From assembly GCF_044704955.1 (NCBI RefSeq), contig NC_091977.1, forward strand, positions 9,424,001-9,488,000: DNA of 64,000 nt. Direction: 5' to 3'. This document shows, in pieces, positions 63,221 to 64,000 of the stretch. Within the stretch, counting starts at the first letter, position 1, and each line of letters begins with the position of its first letter. A model generated the notes under the pieces. It made no database searches, had not been told where the DNA came from, and saw only the letters and a program-made list of their open reading frames with translations. Origin of the DNA: Pristiophorus japonicus. Lineage: Eukaryota. The translations under genes were made by a program, and so were the position numbers.

Positions 63221-64000
63221 GCAGAAAAAATAGTGGGAGAGCGATAGTGATAGGGGATTCAATTGTAAGGGGAATAGATAGGCGTTTCTGCGGCCGCAAC
63301 CGAGACTCCAGGATGATATGTTGTCTCCCTGGTGCAAGGGTCAAGGATATCTCTGAGCGGATGCAGGACATTCTAAAAAGGGAGGGAGAACAGCCAGTTG
63401 TCGTGGTGCACATTGGTACCAACGACATAGGTAAAAAAAGGGATGAGGTCCTACGAAACGAATTTAAGGAGCTAGGAGCTAAATTAAAAAGTAGGACCTC
63501 AAAAGTAGTAATCTCGGGATTGCTACCAGTGCCACGTGCTAGTCAGAGTAGAAATCGCAGGATAGCACAGATGAATACGTGGCTTGAGCAGTGGTGCAGC
63601 AGGGAGGGATTCAAATTCCTGGGGCATTGGAACCGGTTCTGGGAGAGGTGGGACCAGTACAAAGCGGACGGTCTGCACCTGGGCAGGACCGGAACCAATG
63701 TCCCAGGGGGAGTGTTTGCTAGTGCTGTTGGGGAGGATTTAAACTAATATGGCAGGGGGATGGGAACCAATGCAGGGAGACAGAGGGAAACAAAAAGGAG
63801 ACAAAAGCAAAAGACAGAAAGGAGATGAGCAAAAGGAGAGCAGAGAAACCCAAGACAAAAAACAAAAATGGCCACTGTACAGCAAAATTCTAAAAGGACA
63901 AAGGGTGTTAAAAAAACAAGCCTGAAGGCTTTGTGTCTTAATGCAAGGAGTATCCGTAATAAGGTGGATGAATTAACTGTGCAAATAGATGTTAACAAAT
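63221..64000 (+). mobile_element. CR1 ORF1 esterase and start of ORF2, running out of the window
   Basis: ORF 63208-63747 GDSIVRG..GTND..DGLHL, followed by LKALCLNARSIRNKVDEL. Confidence 0.9.

Overview
Repeat-dominated vertebrate DNA. The repeat repertoire (CR1 LINEs with a zinc-finger/SGNH-esterase ORF1, L2, RTE with (CAT)n tails, Deu-domain-type tRNA SINEs) suggests a cartilaginous fish (shark-like); this is inference. No intact host coding exon can be supported. Most ORF-track hits are decayed LINE reverse-transcriptase fragments or their antisense shadows. The standout is a 5.7 kb LTR element on the minus strand (24587-30261) with paired TG..CA LTRs, a tRNA-Ser PBS and a PPT. It has no visible pol, but carries a frameshifted envelope gene whose layout resembles a class I, Mononegavirales-F-like (lokiretrovirus-type) fusion protein. 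Also present: a rearranged Gypsy element with a split 3' LTR, a solo LTR with a CTCF-like motif, two near-full-length CR1s (one chimeric, with a 69-bp monomer 5' array), several twin-priming-type LINE inversions, TIR MITEs, two minisatellites and assembly gaps. All family assignments come from reading motifs by eye; no database searches were run, and element boundaries are approximate unless TSDs or termini are quoted.
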